DNA of 64,000 nucleotides, from the NCBI GenBank assembly GCA_051531975.1, contig JAOPTT010000003.1, positions 128,001 to 192,000 of the forward strand, in the 5' to 3' direction. Below, piece by piece: positions 49,058-58,937 of this stretch (the first letter of the stretch is position 1; every line of letters begins with the position of its first letter). This stretch comes from Spirochaetaceae bacterium. Its GTDB lineage: Bacteria > Spirochaetota > Spirochaetia > DSM-2461. Below the pieces are notes generated by a model. That model did no database searches. It was not told the DNA's origin and was given only the letters and a program-made list of their open reading frames with translations. Both the position numbers and the translations under genes were made by a program.

Positions 49058-50917
49058 TTATGCTACAGGTGTATCAAACTGACTCTGGTACAGATCTGCA
49101 TAGAGCCCCTTTGTTAACAACAGAGAATCGTGGGTCCCTTGTTCTACAATATCTCCATCTTCCATAACTAAAATAGTATCTGCATTTTTAATAGTTGAGA
49201 GTCTGTGGGCAATAACAAAACTAGTTCTATTCTCCATTAAATTATCCATAGCTTTTTGAATTAACCCTTCAGTTCTTGTATCCACAGAACTTGTTGCTTC
49301 GTCTAAAATTAGTATTTTAGGGTTTGCTAATATTGCCCTGGCAATGGTTAATAACTGCTTTTGCCCCTGGGAGAGGTTACTGCTCTCTTCGTTTAATATC
49401 ATGTTATACCCATCAGGCATTGTTAAAATAAAATGGTGGGCATGGGCTGCTTTAGATGCTTCAAATACCTGTTCATCTGTAGCTTCTGGATTTCCATAGC
49501 GTATGTTTTCTAAAATAGTAGAGTTATATAGCCATGTATCCTGTAATACCATAGCGAAGTTTGATCTTAACTCATTACGAGTGTAATCTTTTATATTGTG
49601 GTTATCGACAATGATACTACCTTCCTGAACGTCGTAAAAACGCATCAATAGTTTAACCATTGTAGTTTTACCAGCACCTGTTGGTCCAACTATAGCTACT
49701 TTTGTTCCAGGTTCTGCAATTGCACTAAAGTTTTTAATTACTGGTTTATTAACATCATATCCAAAGTGTACATTTTTAAACTCTACCCTACCCTCTGGGT
49801 TAAACATTTTTACTGGATTTTTTGTTTCAGAAACCTCTTGTTTCTCATCTAAAAACTCAAATACACGTTCTGCTGCTGCTGCCGTTTGTTGCAGAACATT
49901 AGAAATATTTGCTAGTTGTCCTATAGGTTGGTTAAAACTTCTTACATACTGTATAAATGCTTGAATATCTCCAACAGAAATGGCTCTTTTAACTACCAAA
50001 TACCCACCTAAAATACTGATGATCACATAACCAATATTTCCAATAAACATCATTACTGGCATCATCATTCCTGATAAAAATTGAGATTTCCACGCTGACT
50101 TATATAGACTTTCATTATGGGTTTCAAATGTATTAATACTCGCTTTTTCTCCATTAAAAACCTTCATTACTACGTGACCACCATACATCTCTTCAACGTG
50201 TCCATTGGCATTACCTAAAGAAGCTTGTTGTTCTTTAAAATATTTTTGAGACTGTTTAATTATCTTACTTACAATACTCATAGAAAGAGGTAAAACAAGA
50301 AGAGCTGCTAATGTCATCATCCAATTTATTGAGAACATCATTACCATTACACCTATTACGGTGAATACCGATGTTACTATCTGGGTTAAACTTTGGGACA
50401 GAGTCTGATTAACTGTATCTATATCGTTTGTGATCCTTGATAAAATTTGACCATGATTAGTTTTATCGTAATAAGATAAAGGTATTTTATTAATTTTAGC
50501 TGCAATATCTTTTCTTAATCGGTATGTAATATCTGTTGATACAGATGTCATTACCCAACCCATAACATAGGAAAATAGTGCCGAAATAACATATAAAACT
50601 ACGGTTATTGATAGTACCTTTCCAATAAAAGTAAAATCGATAACTCCCGAACCTTTAAGTTTTCCCATTAACCCTGTAAAAAGAGTTGTAGTAGCTTGCC
50701 CCATTATTTTAGGCCCTATTATCATAGAAACTGTTGATAACATTGCTAAAAAGAATACAAAAATTATTTTGACTTTATATGCTGCCATATAACCAACTAA
50801 TCGACTTATTGTTGCTTTAAAGTTTTTAGCTTTCTCCCCAGACATGTTTCTGCCATGGCCACGACCCATACCCATTCTAGGGCTTTCTGTTTTTTTATTT
50901 TTCATGTTTTGGCTCAT
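49058..50917 (-). CDS. Heterodimeric ABC exporter subunit (TMD-NBD) with consensus Walker B and H-switch
   Basis: GPTGAGKT, LSQGQKQ, ILDEATS and IAHRLST motifs. Confidence 0.93.
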   Translation of the reverse strand: MSQNMKNKKTESPRMGMGRGHGRNMSGEKAKNFKATISRLVGYMAAYKVKIIFVFFLAMLSTVSMIIGPKIMGQATTTLFTGLMGKLKGSGVIDFTFIGKVLSITVVLYVISALFSYVMGWVMTSVSTDITYRLRKDIAAKINKIPLSYYDKTNHGQILSRITNDIDTVNQTLSQSLTQIVTSVFTVIGVMVMMFSINWMMTLAALLVLPLSMSIVSKIIKQSQKYFKEQQASLGNANGHVEEMYGGHVVMKVFNGEKASINTFETHNESLYKSAWKSQFLSGMMMPVMMFIGNIGYVIISILGGYLVVKRAISVGDIQAFIQYVRSFNQPIGQLANISNVLQQTAAAAERVFEFLDEKQEVSETKNPVKMFNPEGRVEFKNVHFGYDVNKPVIKNFSAIAEPGTKVAIVGPTGAGKTTMVKLLMRFYDVQEGSIIVDNHNIKDYTRNELRSNFAMVLQDTWLYNSTILENIRYGNPEATDEQVFEASKAAHAHHFILTMPDGYNMILNEESSNLSQGQKQLLTIARAILANPKILILDEATSSVDTRTEGLIQKAMDNLMENRTSFVIAHRLSTIKNADTILVMEDGDIVEQGTHDSLLLTKGLYADLYQSQFDTPVA

Positions 50918-52989
50918 ACTTCCTCCTGTAATCCAAGTTGGGATACAGCAATTTCTCTATATTCTAAACAACTTTTCAGTAACTGCTCATGGGTTCCTTT
51001 TCCTACAATCTTACCTTCATCTAATACTATAATCTGTTCTGCACTCATAATAGTTGCAACTCTTTGAGCTACTAATAAAATAGTACTTTCTCCAGTATTA
51101 GCTTTAAGATCCCGTCTTAGGTTTGCATCTGTTTTAAAATCCAGAGCTGAGAAACTATCATCAAATATATAAACAGGTGCCTTTTTCATTAACGCACGGC
51201 TTATTGCCAATCTCTGCCTTTGCCCTCCTGAAACATTTGTTCCATCCTGGGAAATTGCGAATTTATACTTCTCATCCTTTTCAGATATAAACTCTGTGGC
51301 CTGGGCTATGGAAGTTGCAGTCTCTAATTCTAATTCTGTTCCGTCAGTTTTTCCATATTTTAGGTTTGACTCTATAGTTCCTGAAAATAGTACGTTCTTT
51401 TGTGGGACAAATCCAATTACATTTCTTAGGTCAAATTGGCTAATATCCCTAATATCAGTTCCATCAACTGTAATCTCTCCACCTGTAACATCGTAGAACC
51501 TTGGAATTAAGTTAACAATTGTACTTTTCCCAGAACCAGTAGAACCTATAAATGCTGTGGTTGTACCTGGCCTGGCAGTAAAAGAGATATTTGATAGTGC
51601 ATCGGCTTCACCACCAGGGTATCTAAAGTTTACATTTTTAAACTCTATTAGGCCTTTTACATCATTAGATAAGACTTTCGGGTTTATTGGATCTAAAACC
51701 GATGGTTTTGTTTGTAGAACTTCATTTATTCTGTTTGCAGATACCGTAGCTCTTGGTACTGAAATAAAAACCATAGATAACATCATAAATGACATTACAA
51801 TTTGCATAGCGTACTGTATAAACGCCATCATATCCCCAACCTGCATAGAACCTATTGCGACTTCTTTAGACCCTATCCATATAATTACAACTGCTAATCC
51901 ATTCATTAAAAGCATAATAAGTGGCATTGCTACTACCATTGTTCTGGCAAGGAATAGGTTTGTTTTAGTTAAGTCTCTATTTACTGTATCAAATCTTTTC
52001 TCTTCGAATTTTTGTCTATTAAAGGCTCTAACTACAAGTAGACCTGATAAGTTCTCTCTTGCAACAAGGTTTAATCTATCTATAAACTCCTGAACAATTT
52101 TAAACTTTGGCATAGCTATAGATATAATTGTTCCAATAATACCTAATAAAACTATAACAGCAATCCCAATTAACCAACCCATAGATGGAGCTTTTGACAT
52201 TGCTCTAAAAAATCCACCAACACCTAATATTGGAGCGTAGATTACAATTCTAATTACCATGAATATTACATTTTGTACCTGGGTTACATCGTTTGTAGAT
52301 CTAGTTATTAAAGACGCTGTAGAGAATGTATCAAACTCTGCATTAGAGAAACTTTCAACTTTACTAAATAGATCTCTCCTTATTGTTCTAGCACTTCCGG
52401 CAGAAGTTTTTGCGCCTATAAAACCAACTGAAATTGCACATATGACAGAGACAAGAGTCATAATTAACATTAGACCACCTGTTTTTAATATAAAGACACT
52501 CTGTATAACACCCATATCTGCACCTAGAATCTCATATTCGGTTCTAACCATAGCCATAGCGCCTTGAATAATAAAATTATCATCCATACCTTCTAACTTT
52601 GATGCCATTCCTGTATCAGCAATCAGAGCTTTAGCAAAAGAGAGTTCATACTCTGGATATATTAAGTGTTTATCTGTTAGATAATATACTTCTTCTTTAT
52701 CTAGGTTTGTAAACTTTTCAGCTAAAGTAGAGTCTGCCGTTTTAACATACAGTTTTTTTGTTAAAGATAAGGTACTGCTATCCATAAAAGTTTTTATAGT
52801 ATCTAGTTTAGATTCTCTTATAACAACTGGAATTGTTGTATCAACCCCACCTTGTTGTATACCTGTATTAACTATTTTTGACATATAATCAGGTAGTGCT
52901 AAATCCATATTAGCTTGAAGGAATAGTAGCCCTATAGCCACAATTATTGGCAATGTATAGGGTCTAATATATTTAATTAGTTTAAACAT
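50914..52989 (-). CDS. Heterodimeric ABC exporter subunit (TMD-NBD) with degenerate Walker B and switch
   Basis: GSTGSGKS, VSGGQRQR, IFDDSFSALD (E to D) and VAQR (H to Q); long loop after TM1. Confidence 0.93.
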   Translation of the reverse strand: MFKLIKYIRPYTLPIIVAIGLLFLQANMDLALPDYMSKIVNTGIQQGGVDTTIPVVIRESKLDTIKTFMDSSTLSLTKKLYVKTADSTLAEKFTNLDKEEVYYLTDKHLIYPEYELSFAKALIADTGMASKLEGMDDNFIIQGAMAMVRTEYEILGADMGVIQSVFILKTGGLMLIMTLVSVICAISVGFIGAKTSAGSARTIRRDLFSKVESFSNAEFDTFSTASLITRSTNDVTQVQNVIFMVIRIVIYAPILGVGGFFRAMSKAPSMGWLIGIAVIVLLGIIGTIISIAMPKFKIVQEFIDRLNLVARENLSGLLVVRAFNRQKFEEKRFDTVNRDLTKTNLFLARTMVVAMPLIMLLMNGLAVVIIWIGSKEVAIGSMQVGDMMAFIQYAMQIVMSFMMLSMVFISVPRATVSANRINEVLQTKPSVLDPINPKVLSNDVKGLIEFKNVNFRYPGGEADALSNISFTARPGTTTAFIGSTGSGKSTIVNLIPRFYDVTGGEITVDGTDIRDISQFDLRNVIGFVPQKNVLFSGTIESNLKYGKTDGTELELETATSIAQATEFISEKDEKYKFAISQDGTNVSGGQRQRLAISRALMKKAPVYIFDDSFSALDFKTDANLRRDLKANTGESTILLVAQRVATIMSAEQIIVLDEGKIVGKGTHEQLLKSCLEYREIAVSQLGLQEEV

Positions 52990-53434
52990 TGTTTCTCCTG
53001 TTATTTAATGATTTGGTTAATCTGTTTAATAGACTTGTTACTTCTTCATACTCTGAAGGTTCAAAGTCATCTGCTAAAAGAAGGTTACTCTCTTTAGATA
53101 GATCCATGAACTTCTGTATAAGATCATCACCTTTTGGTGCTAGATCGTGGATTTTAACCCTACGATCTTCTTGGCTCTCTTTTCTTGTTATTAGTTCCAT
53201 TTTTACTAATTTGTCTAACATCTGGCTTGCTGCAGGATTTGAGATTTCAAAGATTTTACCTACATCCTTTACCTGGCATAGACCATGTTTTTTCATTCTG
53301 AATAGACAGTTCATTTGAGGAAAGGACAGACCGTGGTCTTTTGCATAGATATGTAGATTTTTCATAGTTGTATGCATTGATATGTGATACCAGGACTCTA
53401 AACTCTTAACAAATAGCTCTTTATCTTGTGACAT
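52982..53434 (-). CDS. MarR-family regulator
   Basis: GLSFPQ...SNPAASQMLDKL...EDRRVK; heads the ABC exporter operon. Confidence 0.92.
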   Translation of the reverse strand: MSQDKELFVKSLESWYHISMHTTMKNLHIYAKDHGLSFPQMNCLFRMKKHGLCQVKDVGKIFEISNPAASQMLDKLVKMELITRKESQEDRRVKIHDLAPKGDDLIQKFMDLSKESNLLLADDFEPSEYEEVTSLLNRLTKSLNNRRNNV

Positions 53435-53449
53435 TATACCTCCAGAAAC

Positions 53450-53511
53450 TAGTTAAGTTAACTTAACTAATAAGTATGCTTAAGATACTAGGAGTTTAAT
53501 AAATAGTCAAT
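53450..53511 (-). promoter_or_regulatory. MarR operator and promoter
   Basis: Perfect 20-bp palindrome TAGTTAAGTTAACTTAACTA (53450-53469) downstream of minus-strand TTGACT-17-TATCTT. Confidence 0.8.
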
Positions 53512-53526
53512 AATGAAGTATAAGTA

Positions 53527-54711
53527 CTAATCTTTTAAAAGCTCAACAACACAGCGTTTATCTAAAGAGTCATAGCCACCCTTAGTAAACCCATAGGAGT
53601 TTTTATTAGATAAGTCTGATATATTTTTAATATCTTCACCCTCTCCATATACAACTTTCACAAGGTCATATAAATATATTTTGTCTAAGGATCGGCTTGG
53701 AATATAGCCACCTTTTTTACTATTTACACTAACTATTAAACCGTTACTTAAAAGTTCTGATAAAAAATAATCTAATAGGTTATAGGATATACCTAATTTG
53801 TCAGCAATTTGCCTGGATGTTAATCCAACATTATCATCACTCCTAAACTGTTCAGCAATTAATTTAAATGTTTCGAAGATTAAGGTTAATTTATCCTGGA
53901 CTGTTAACTCTTCTGGACTACCACTAAAACAGCCATTTTTATTCTGCATGTAGTAGGTAATTTCTACACCAATTAATACAAAAAGCCAAAATAGATAAAG
54001 TCCAACAAGGAATATAGGAATGATAGATAAAGACCCATATATAACAGAAGTTTGCACAGAGTTAAGTGCCCAAAATTTAAATACTATCTTAATTATTTCG
54101 AATAAAAAAGCGGATATTACAGCACCAATAGCTGCGGATCTTATCTTTACTTTAGTAGAAGGAATTATTAATAACATAATAAAAAAAGTTGTAAATGTAG
54201 ATAAGAATGGAAACAGGATAGATATAGTCTCTTTATAATCTTTAGTACCATAGGCAAAACTAGAGATATAATTCTCGATAGAACCTGTAATACTACTACT
54301 TGCCCCTAAAAGCAGACTTATAAAAACTAAAAGAGCTGTGTAGGTAGTAAACCTCGTAAATAATCCAATCTTATTTTTTACACCCCATATTGCATCGAAG
54401 TTTCTTGCGATGTTATTTATTAAAAATAGAGTTGTACCTAGAAAAAATATTGTACCAAGTGTACCTGTTGCTAAAGAGTTTCTAGTAAAATCGTTTATTA
54501 TTTCCAAGATAGCTTCTTGTTGTACAGGTATAAGAGAGTCAATTATTACCTTCTCTATGGTTCGACCTAATGTATCAAAACTACCAAAGGCAAATAACAC
54601 AGTAATAAAGGGTACTACTGCCAAAAGTGAACTATAGGCTAGACCAGAAGCTCTTACTAAACAGCTATCTTTAACAAATTTACTAACAATTATATTTAGA
54701 ACATTTCTCAT
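53527..54711 (-). CDS. YihY/BrkB-family membrane protein with C-terminal winged-helix domain
   Basis: RASGLAYSSLLAVVP, IWG and IYGSLSIIPIFLVGLYLFW motifs; C-terminal ...GGYIPSRSLDKI. Confidence 0.88.
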   Translation of the reverse strand: MRNVLNIIVSKFVKDSCLVRASGLAYSSLLAVVPFITVLFAFGSFDTLGRTIEKVIIDSLIPVQQEAILEIINDFTRNSLATGTLGTIFFLGTTLFLINNIARNFDAIWGVKNKIGLFTRFTTYTALLVFISLLLGASSSITGSIENYISSFAYGTKDYKETISILFPFLSTFTTFFIMLLIIPSTKVKIRSAAIGAVISAFLFEIIKIVFKFWALNSVQTSVIYGSLSIIPIFLVGLYLFWLFVLIGVEITYYMQNKNGCFSGSPEELTVQDKLTLIFETFKLIAEQFRSDDNVGLTSRQIADKLGISYNLLDYFLSELLSNGLIVSVNSKKGGYIPSRSLDKIYLYDLVKVVYGEGEDIKNISDLSNKNSYGFTKGGYDSLDKRCVVELLKD

Positions 54712-54751
54712 ATAGATATTTTATACCAGATTTACCCATAAATAAAGTTAA

Positions 54752-55858
54752 CTAAATTTTAGAAGAGGAACTTCTAATAACTAACTTAGTTGGAAGAATT
54801 ACCTGTCTAGGTTCACCTATATCTTTAATTCTTTCAATAACAAGTTCAGCTGCAACTCTACCCATTGTGCAAAAATCCTGAGCAACAGTAGTCAAAGGAA
54901 CATGTAAATGACTGGCTAATTCAATATCATCATGCCCAATAATAGATAGATCTTCTGGAACTTTATATCCTAGATTAAGAGCTTCTCTCATGGATAAAGA
55001 AGCGACATAGTCATTTATACATACAAGAGCAGTAATCTTCTGATCCATTAACTTTTTCATTTTTTTGTTATAACAATCACTATAACCATATTGTTTTATC
55101 TCATCTCGAAAACCAGTTTCTACAAAAGATTCATTTATAATAATACCTGCATTTTTAAGTGCTCGACAATAGCCAAAATATCTCTGTCTTACAGAGTGAG
55201 CACTCTCTATTGAAGCATCACTAATAAAACCGATGTTTTTGTGGCCTTGTTTTATTAAATACTCTGTAGCGTTATAACAACTATTCATATTGTCTGAAAC
55301 AACAGAACTTATAGGTATTCCATCAAAATATTTATCTATAGCAACTATTGGATAATTATTAAGAAATAGTTTATTTATAATCTCAAAATTCCTTAAGTCA
55401 GTAATTGGGTAATATATAATACCTTTTGTGCCATCCTGATAAAGCTGAGCTAATAGTTTTCTTTCTGCCTCGGTATCGTTTTGAACACTGTGTATTGTTA
55501 AATAATAGTTATGATGATGAAATACTTCAGAGGCATTCTTAATTACATTAATAATGCCTCCCATTGATTGATCAAATGGAATAATGATAGCAATTCTTTT
55601 AATATCATCATTGGCTTCAGAAGTCTTTACATCTCTGTTTTTATCTTTAATTTCTGCAACAAAACTACCACTACCTTGAACACGGTAGATAAAACCCTCT
55701 AATCTTAATTCCTCGAGAGCTCTTTTAGAAGTTATACGGCTAACATTAAACTCTTTTGCAAGATCCACTTCGGTTGGAAGTTTATCGTTTGGATGTAGTT
55801 CACCCATGACAATAGATTCTTTTATCTTGTTAACTATTTTTTCGTATAATTTTGCCAT
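54752..55858 (-). CDS. GntR-HTH/LacI-effector hybrid regulator (AraR-like)
   Basis: KLPTEVDLAKEFNVSRITSKRAL...QGSGSFV; VSDN, NDYVA, VPEDLSIIGHDD and PLTTV motifs. Confidence 0.9.
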   Translation of the reverse strand: MAKLYEKIVNKIKESIVMGELHPNDKLPTEVDLAKEFNVSRITSKRALEELRLEGFIYRVQGSGSFVAEIKDKNRDVKTSEANDDIKRIAIIIPFDQSMGGIINVIKNASEVFHHHNYYLTIHSVQNDTEAERKLLAQLYQDGTKGIIYYPITDLRNFEIINKLFLNNYPIVAIDKYFDGIPISSVVSDNMNSCYNATEYLIKQGHKNIGFISDASIESAHSVRQRYFGYCRALKNAGIIINESFVETGFRDEIKQYGYSDCYNKKMKKLMDQKITALVCINDYVASLSMREALNLGYKVPEDLSIIGHDDIELASHLHVPLTTVAQDFCTMGRVAAELVIERIKDIGEPRQVILPTKLVIRSSSSKI

Positions 55859-55962
55859 GACGAAACTCCTATAAAACTCAAGCGACTATTATTTTAACAG
55901 AATGATTATTATGTTACTAGTCAGTATAATTCCTTGTAAAATGTACCTATATAAAGACTTAT

Positions 55963-57372
55963 TTACAACCTCCACTCTGGTACGTTCCCATCCTCATCTC
56001 GTAACCAGGGAGTATCTTTATTCCAAGTTATTAGTCTGTTTTTAAGATCTAAAAAATTGGGATCGTTTTTCATTGTTTCAGCCAAATTATTCATCTCAAA
56101 AGGATCATTGGCCAGGTCATAAAAATAGATGTTCTCTATATTGTCATCATTTAGATCTGTAATTACAGGCTCTTCGATTTTAGTATAGGGTGTTTCAAAT
56201 GCAACTTTGTAATGGGGAGTCCTTATAGCAATTTCATGATAAGCCGTTTCAATAAAAGCCTCATTATCACCGATCGTTTCCTTATTACCATTTAATATAT
56301 CTGATAGATTATTTCCCTGAACAGAACCGGGAATTTCTCCTCCACAATAATCTATAATTGTTGGAAATAGATCAATCATTTGAGCTTGCTGTATATTGTT
56401 AATTTTTCCAGCTTCAATATGATTTGGATGGTGGAAAATCATCGGCACCCTAATAGATTCTTCGATAGGACGATCCTTGTTAAAAAGTTGCTGACTACCT
56501 AGGTTATCACCATGATCAGAAGTTAAGACTATAAGAGTATCATCAAGTAAATCATTTTCTTTAATAGACTTTATAATTTCACCTACAATCGCATCACACC
56601 ATGATACTGCCCCATAATAGAGTGCTGTTATATGACGTAGATCAAAATAATCAGGTAGTTCAGAAGTTATTGGCCTATTATTTTGATTTTTATATGACTG
56701 CTGCCATAAATAAACATGGAAGAACTCTTTATCATAGGCTAGCTTTCCATCTTTATCCCATACATTATCCCTCATAGGAATTGTTAATGGATCATACATA
56801 CGAGAATATTGGTATGGAATATCAAATATAGGCATGTGAGGGGGCAGAATATTGTAATACAGAAAGAAAGGGTCATCCCCATTTTCAGCTAAAAAGTCCT
56901 GAGCCTTTAGAATCATATGATCTTCCTGAAATCCGACCTTTTCCTGCTTTTCTCCACCGTTTTCAATTAGTGCAGCACCAGATCCAATTGAACCAGGAAG
57001 ACAACTATAATCAAAACCTATTATATGTGGATCGGGATCTATATGCCATTTACCGATAACACCGGTTTTATAACCAAGATCTTTAAAAGATTCTGCTATT
57101 GTTTTATCTTTAAGTCTTCTCCGTGTTTTATCCTTTTCCTTCCAGGCAGCATTTCCTACCGCTCCAGCACAGGTTCTACTATATTGACCGGTCATTAATA
57201 TCGATCTAGATGCTACACAAACAGGATTATTACTGATGCCCTGTTCAAAACGCATTCCTCCCTCAGCCAAAGAATCGATATGTGGTGTTTTGACAGTTTT
57301 ATTACCATAACACCCCACAGTAAATGACCGCAACTGATCAATATTTATAATTATTACATTTGGTTTTTTCAT
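55963..57372 (-). CDS. Formylglycine-dependent sulfatase (CxAxR variant)
   Basis: KPNVIIINIDQ, CVASRSILMTG, GKWH, PPH, SDHG and YDLANDPFEMNNL motifs; no signal peptide. Confidence 0.9.
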   Translation of the reverse strand: MKKPNVIIINIDQLRSFTVGCYGNKTVKTPHIDSLAEGGMRFEQGISNNPVCVASRSILMTGQYSRTCAGAVGNAAWKEKDKTRRRLKDKTIAESFKDLGYKTGVIGKWHIDPDPHIIGFDYSCLPGSIGSGAALIENGGEKQEKVGFQEDHMILKAQDFLAENGDDPFFLYYNILPPHMPIFDIPYQYSRMYDPLTIPMRDNVWDKDGKLAYDKEFFHVYLWQQSYKNQNNRPITSELPDYFDLRHITALYYGAVSWCDAIVGEIIKSIKENDLLDDTLIVLTSDHGDNLGSQQLFNKDRPIEESIRVPMIFHHPNHIEAGKINNIQQAQMIDLFPTIIDYCGGEIPGSVQGNNLSDILNGNKETIGDNEAFIETAYHEIAIRTPHYKVAFETPYTKIEEPVITDLNDDNIENIYFYDLANDPFEMNNLAETMKNDPNFLDLKNRLITWNKDTPWLRDEDGNVPEWRL

Positions 57373-58937
57373 AATGATTTAAGTATCTCCTCAGTATTAT
57401 GTTCAGGGACATCCCCAATTTCTGCCTGTTTTTCATCGAGAAGTTTAAGCATTTTTTTAACAATCTCTTTTTTATCAACATCAGAAAAGCAGTTGAATAG
57501 CTCTTTTGGGTCTTCCAAAGTATCAAATAATTCCCAGTCTTTTTCCTTGAATGTTCCAGGATTGGCTCCTGGCATATCACATGCTTCGTTATACCAATAA
57601 ATCAATTTGTACCTGTGATCTCTAATTCCATAATGGGCATAAGCGTTGTGATTTTGATCCTGATTCATCCAGTAACGGTGATAAGCTGTTTTTTGCCAAT
57701 ACTCCGGTTCTTCACCTTCTAGAATAGGTCGCATACTGTACCCTTGCATATAATTTGGAATAGTAATACCGGCATAATCTAACCACGTAGGGGCAAAGTC
57801 CACATTCTGAGCCATGCTATCTACTTTTATTCCTGGCTTAATAACCCCAGGATACTGAATTAAAAAAGGCATTCGAAATGATTCTTCATACATAAATCGT
57901 TTATCAAACCAGCCGTGTTCCCCTAGAAAGAAGCCCTGATCCGAAGTATAGATAACCATTGTATCCTCTGTTATGCCCTCTTCATCAAGTAGATCTAAAA
58001 GCCCACCTACACTCTCATCAATAGAAGCAATTGTTTTAAGGTATTTTTGCATATAACGCTGATATTTAAATTTCTTTAACTCTTCCCTGGTTTCAAATGT
58101 AAACTTCTCTCCGGTTCTGCTGCATATTAACTCAAAATCTTTAAGTTCTTCTTCAGTTTCTGGAAAAGGCACCATCATATTAGCTGTCCTTTTACCAATT
58201 AGTTCATACTCCTGATCTTTATATGGAACTTTAGGTTGAACAAGATCAAAGTCGATATAACTCATATCCGATTCTATACGCATCCTTGCATTTACCGCTG
58301 CTTTAGCTCTATTTTTATAATCATCATTAAAAGTTTCCGGATAAGGGATCTCATCGGTGTAAAGATCCTCGTATTTTGGATGATATTCCCATGGACGATG
58401 AGGTGCTTTGTGGTGGCACATAACAAAAAAAGGTTTGTCCTTTTCACGGTTTTTAATAAAACTTGAACATTTTTCTGTGATTATCTCTGTGGTATATCCT
58501 TTCTCTACTATCTCTTTTCCATTTTCTGTCATTGAGGGATCAAAATATTCCCCCTGGCCGTGAACAACAGACCAATAATCAAACCCGGTTGGACAGTGGG
58601 CATCACCTTCCCCCATATGCCATTTCCCCAACATGGCTGTCTGATAACCATCACTTTTTAAGTGTTTTGCTACATGGGGAAGTCTATTGTTAATGCTACT
58701 AAAAAGGGTCGTGACCCCATTCACATGATTATGTGTTCCAGTCAGTATTGCCGCCCTACTTGGAGTACAGATACTGTTTGTCACATAACAGTGATTAAAA
58801 AGTGCACCGTTTTGTGCCAGCTTATCGATATTTGGAGTCTGGTTGATACCAAATCCATAAGCGGATATAGCCTGTGCTGCATGGTCATCACTCATGATGA
58901 ATAGTATGTTTGGTTGTTTTTTCACTCTATTTTTCAT
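57369..58937 (-). CDS. Formylglycine-dependent sulfatase (N-acetylglucosamine-6-sulfatase-like)
   Basis: QPNILFIMSDDH, CTPSRAAILTG, GKWH, HKAPHR and SDQGFFLGEHGWFDKRFMYEES motifs; start probably 58937. Confidence 0.92.
   Translation of the reverse strand: MKNRVKKQPNILFIMSDDHAAQAISAYGFGINQTPNIDKLAQNGALFNHCYVTNSICTPSRAAILTGTHNHVNGVTTLFSSINNRLPHVAKHLKSDGYQTAMLGKWHMGEGDAHCPTGFDYWSVVHGQGEYFDPSMTENGKEIVEKGYTTEIITEKCSSFIKNREKDKPFFVMCHHKAPHRPWEYHPKYEDLYTDEIPYPETFNDDYKNRAKAAVNARMRIESDMSYIDFDLVQPKVPYKDQEYELIGKRTANMMVPFPETEEELKDFELICSRTGEKFTFETREELKKFKYQRYMQKYLKTIASIDESVGGLLDLLDEEGITEDTMVIYTSDQGFFLGEHGWFDKRFMYEESFRMPFLIQYPGVIKPGIKVDSMAQNVDFAPTWLDYAGITIPNYMQGYSMRPILEGEEPEYWQKTAYHRYWMNQDQNHNAYAHYGIRDHRYKLIYWYNEACDMPGANPGTFKEKDWELFDTLEDPKELFNCFSDVDKKEIVKKMLKLLDEKQAEIGDVPEHNTEEILKSL

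Noticed and set aside
55935..55955. AAATGTACCTATAT as an AraR-type operator upstream of the GntR/LacI gene
   Set aside because: Weak palindrome, and no second copy was noticed in the cluster.
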